Shown here: one piece after another, positions 59,060 through 64,000 of the stretch | Position numbering within the stretch: position 1 is the stretch's first letter | How the letters are laid out: the number at the start of each line of letters is the position of its first letter | Assembly (NCBI GenBank): GCA_002269645.1 | Contig: NIVC01001100.1 | Span: 62,001 to 126,000 of the forward strand | Reading direction: 5' to 3' | From: Macrostomum lignano | Lineage: Eukaryota | DNA: 64,000 nt | Notes under the pieces: model-generated | Told to the model about the DNA's origin: nothing | Databases searched by the model: none | The model's input: the letters and a program-made list of their open reading frames with translations, nothing else | Program-made: the position numbers and the translations under genes

Positions 59060-61201
59060 AGATACATGTACTGTGGTGTGTAAGGTGTGTAAGCAGTTTC
59101 AGTCGAATTAGGCGCCGCGCTTGAGCCCAAATAATAATTAAAGCTCTGAGACTGACGAAATTCTCCCTTTTGCAGCCTTGAGGTTTTCATTGGTAAGTCG
59201 ATCTTCGAATTTTTCTCCAGCTATTCTGGCTGGCCGTGCCGATCGAGTATTTTTAAACAGTACGTCATGTAGCCATGGAATTCACGGACTATATACGAGC
59301 TACTTACATGTAGTAGCTAGACCAGACGAAGGTGGTAAATAATACGAACCCATGGTTAAACTATGGTTTGCTAGACTTTTAGCTATGTCTTAGGAATAGT
59401 CCTCAGCTCAATAACTCAAGATCTTTAGTCCTGCATGCATGAACCCAACGGTCCCCACCGTCCCTTTTGACCAGCCCCATATGAAGCCATGCAGCATTTT
59501 GGGATCAATTTTATGACATTAACTGCATGGTTAGCGATCGGAGTCAGTTTGATACAAAGTTTTGGAGGGTTTTTGTCTATATTGGGCGTGCTCCAGAAGA
59601 TACTTGTTTAATTTCGTGTCAATTTGTCGCATGTTGAATGAAGCAGAGCCGGATTTAATTGCACTTGCATTTAATTGCCATATTGTATTCCAAATTACAT
59701 GTAGATGTATAAAAGTGGGATCTGACAGCGAAACAACGGATCTAAATCGACCCACTTCAAATTTTATTCAAAGGTTTTTTCTAGGTAGATAAGTAGGTAA
59801 GTATGTGTGTGATCGATTTTTTTAGAAAATCGATATTCATGAAACTTTTTAGACTACAAAATATAATTTGACATTCTATAACCGCGCACGCTCGCATGAA
59901 ATCAAACCCTAGATATCATACTTTAGCGGTGTGAAAGACGTGTTAATGCCTGAGCTAACTTTTTGGCTACACACGTAACAGTACTAACAGTAGTATTTGT
60001 TACCTGCCTAACATTTTTATCGGTCCTGTCCGTTATTTTTAGGCCCAGTAAAACAAAAACTATGCATAAGATGCTTGCTTGTAAAAAACAAAACAGAAAA
60101 TATAGCTAAAAGCCTTTTTAATTACCTTTAAAATTGATTTACTTAAATTATGTAAATCAATAAACTATATTTTCTGTTTTCATAAGTGTTTCAAGCAAAT
60201 TTCGAAGCTTACTATTCAAAGAATTATCCAAGATATATAATATATCCAAGCTTTCGACATATTGATTGGATTCTATAATATATATTCTAGATTGATATAT
60301 TATATATAATCTGCTCATATTTTCTATAGCTAATCTTAATTTACTCCTAAATCCTTACATTATTGATCATTAATGTGCATAAATTCATTATAGGCCTAGG
60401 CCTATACTCACATAAAACTCATTATCAATGTTCGCTACATTTTTTGTATTGAAGATAATTATTATTTTGATAACTCTTAAAAATATTTTATGCCTTGTAG
60501 TTACAATAGAAAATAGAATACTAAAAACAAAATTGGTTAGCATTTGTTTTTATATACTATTGCTTTTTTCATAGCTTCAGTGAGATCACAGCTAAGTTAA
60601 ATTATTAAGCAAATAATTTAAAATTCAATATCAATGCAACTTGCTTATTTTTTATGCATTTTGCTTATTAAAAGCCATTGTAAAGATATATTATAATATA
60701 TTTTGCATATGCATTGGAATATATAAGAGATAAAAGTCACTATATAATAAGATCCAAATTGAGTATAAATATAATAATAGATATAAGTTAAAAGTTTTTA
60801 GCATAGCAAAAGGCATAGCATAAGTAATGACCATCCACACTCTAGATCATGTAGTATATGCCTGAAAATTTGGGCATGCATTGGCCTTGCACACCAAAAT
60901 TAGGCATGCACAGTCAGCGTGCATCACTCCTGAGAAAATAGTATGCGTGTTATAATATAGAATAGCACTTTATAGAATCACGTGTAAGAGTTATTGTAAA
61001 GTAGAAAAAAGATGAAAAAAAGTTCATTTTTAAGCACAAATTTCAAGCTTTCCAGTTTTTTAAAGCTTATATAGAACATTTAAACAAATCTTTACATATA
61101 TCAATTTTCTGCTATAAATAGTATTGCCAAAAAAGCATGCATAAAAAGCAACCAAATTATCTGGTAATAAGGGTCAATTACGAAATTTAAAAAAGGTCTT
61201 A

Positions 61202-62092
61202 GCAATAGTGCAGTTTTGTTCCCAAAATTATTTTTTGTTTAAATTTGAAAGTTCGAAACCAGAAAACAATAACAACAATGGGCCTTTTCATATTACCAAT
61301 TCCAGAACCAGAATCGGTTCGGAATTCCAAGAAAAACAGCAGTAAAACTATTAAACTCTGTTAATATTTGACTGCCTTAACAGCCTCACTTTGCACGATT
61401 TTTCACTTTCTTCTTGGCGATTGTCATTCAATAATAAAAACTTTATAGCACGTATCTCCCTCTAGTTATGGAGACAAAAAGTTATACTTCACAAATTGGT
61501 TCTGGTTCTGGAACCAGAACAAGCAATATGAAAAGGCCCAATGTTTCAAACCATTCTAGCGACTGTGCCAAAGCTCACTGGTCACGGAACTTTAAAGCAA
61601 ATGGGTGCTCTGTTAATATACTTTTTTTCATTAAATCTGTGCCACACTCAAATGCTACTTGAAATGTAAGTTGTCTATAGAAAAAATAGTTTAAAAAATC
61701 AAAAGGGGCTCAAGTGGGGGGGGGGGCTTGAACTGTTTCCCTTTAGCTAAGAAGCTACTAATATCTGCTTTTTCTTTTGGACAACATATTGTATCATGGC
61801 TGGATGACCACCAAGACCTCGTGGATAATTCTACCAAATGAAGTGCTGCCAGCAAATGCTCTACCCCAACTAGAGCTAAATGCGCGCGACCTGATGGCTG
61901 CCATGGCAACGCCGGAGGATACAATGCGCTGGATTGCCAAAGTTGGGCTTATCAGCAACCAGGGAGGTAAAAACTATGCCACAATTGTTAGAATGGTTTA
62001 AAACATCAATTTTTATCCTTGTTATTGTTTTCTGGTTTTGAACTTTCAAATTTAAACAAAAAATAATTTTGCAAATGAAATTGCACTATTGC
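61202..62092. mobile_element. Degenerate inverted-repeat element, possible DNA transposon remnant
   Basis: ~74-bp inverted repeats at 61202-61275 and 62019-62092, nested shorter IRs, and an internal GC-richer fragment LNARDLMAAMATPEDTMRWIAKVGLISNQ. Confidence 0.4.
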
Positions 62093-64000
62093 CAAAAGGT
62101 AATTTATTGTTGCAACACTGGCATATTTTTGAGAATGGGCTGCACTATATTTTTTTGGTGTGCATTTGTAATTATTCAATTTTTGTTTGGGCGTGCACCC
62201 AGCATGATCTGGACTATAGATGACCATGGATTACTAAGAATACCTTTATAGCATCTGGCCTATACCAGTATGATTGAAATGGATATTAAACTTAGTTTTT
62301 AGTTTATATTATCTATTGGCTTAACTATCATAAGTATAAAGCTAGTTTTGCAATGATTAATGATTCTAAATATTAGCCATAATACAGAAGGTGGCCTTTA
62401 TGCCAGAATTTTCTGGCATATTTTTGCTCTTACTGACTATCAACTAAATACTGGCACTCCAATCTTATGGCTCCTACTAAATTATCATTAAAAATTAAGC
62501 CGTCGTCCAATATACTCACCTTGCTTAGGTCTTTACCCTCTAAAAATCAGTCTATCCCCCTTAATAAATTTCTAGTTGCACTATTGATCCATAGAAAAAA
62601 TTTATATAAAAGCCTATAGCTCAAGATTCAAAGATGACCAACATATTAAAACCTTATAACTGTAACATCATTTTGTATCAAACTCAGTATATGTGTATCA
62701 AACAATTTGCCTTTGAAATAGTTGTCTTATTATATTCTCATGGCTATAGCCTGCAGTTGTGAAATAGGTAGTAATATTAAAGTTTTTAATTAATAAAGCT
62801 AATTGGTTAGGTCTATGAAGTTTGCTAATAGGAAATAATTTTGTTAGTCTAATCTTCTAATAGGAAGTTTGCTGGTAGAATTTTTTTCTAATAATTTTAC
62901 TTGCAGGCTTGTATATATACAGGTGTATTCTTTATGATATTCTACTAAATAAGAAAACAATTTCTTATAATTGATTTTGATAATTGCTAATAGGGTTTCT
63001 TTAATTATGCCAAAGGTACATTTTAGTATATCATTGGATGCATTTTGGTGTACTGTATTTATAGATATGGTTGATTTTCTATCAACAACTATACAGCAAA
63101 TTCCTGCTAGCAAATCTTGTATTCTTAATTGGCTAACTAGCTTATTTATATTAGAAATTGATTATATAAGATACTAGGCATAATAATTGTCTAGTTTCAA
63201 TTAGTGGTAACAAAACTAGCTTGTACTAGCAATCTAGTGCAGCCCCCCTTCAAGGTGCCCAATAAGAAAGGAGCAAAAATAGTTCATGGAAAACAATAAA
63301 ACTACTATTATTATTATAGCAGCATTACTTTTTTAATCAACTATAAAAAACATTTTACTTTAGTAAGTAGTTATTATAAATCTTATTATTAAAATACTGC
63401 CTTAGAAAATGTATCATCCAGGATCCATATATATGGTTATCTTTTATTTTTTAACACTTAAGATTATATTTGCACTAATGCCCTAATTAATGATATTTCA
63501 TAGAACAGATTTTTAGTATATGGAAAATTGAATGCTAAAATAATGTTGCAGAAATATCCTGCTTATTGCTCAAGTCTAATTTTAATTAGTGTGCAATTGT
63601 TAGCATGGTTGCTATAGAAACTTAGACAGTGTCATAATTATCTGACTCAATTCTATTCAAGTTTAGTCACTGTCCCAGTTCCAGCAATCATGGCCACATA
63701 CAGACCTTTCATGACCTTTTGTTGAGCTGCTATACAATTTGAAATGCAATTTCCTCCTGTTGCATTGTTCACCTCGTGATGAAGTGCTGTGGTGTTGAGG
63801 ATAAGAATACACAGGGCCAGGGACTGATCTACTACTGCCATCTGATAGTATGAATGAACTTGGCTTCATTATATCAGGATTAGTAATGGGATTTGAATGG
63901 GCTGTGCTATGCACCCCTCAAGCTGTTTTGGTGTATAATTGATGGCTCAGCTTCTTAATTTGGCTTTAAATTATCAGTTTACCAATCGCGCGTCTGTTTG

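Overview
This is eukaryotic (invertebrate animal) genomic DNA with GT-AG introns and no prokaryotic features. The repeat-laden introns and poly-Q/poly-A coding style would fit a free-living flatworm such as Macrostomum, but that is inference only. From left to right: (1) an unc-13/Munc13 gene on + (~1.1-18.8 kb; C1, C2B, MUN, C2C) that I spliced exon by exon; (2) an ERICH2-like gene on - (terminal exon 21.85-22.36 kb, uncertain upstream exons to ~29-32 kb); (3) a ZIP13/SLC39A13-like metal transporter on - (35.1-40.9 kb, 7 exons, one apparent 1-nt frameshift); (4) an intronless 230-aa two-TM orphan ORF on - (43.5-44.2 kb); (5) a 12.7-kb head-to-tail Ty3/Gypsy array (46370-59059: 4 LTRs, 3 internal units, one AGAT target-site duplication around the whole array, each unit carrying the same 1051-bp foldback MITE); (6) an AT-rich tail with transposon remnants. 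About 20 mini/microsatellites fill the introns and explain most long ORFs in the supplied track. The best leads are a pair of apparently mutually exclusive exons encoding the Ca2+/phosphoinositide-binding half of the UNC-13 C2B domain, two unc-13 microexons, and chimeric internal LTRs that record how an integrase-less element was amplified in place. All calls come from manual reading; no database searches were run.
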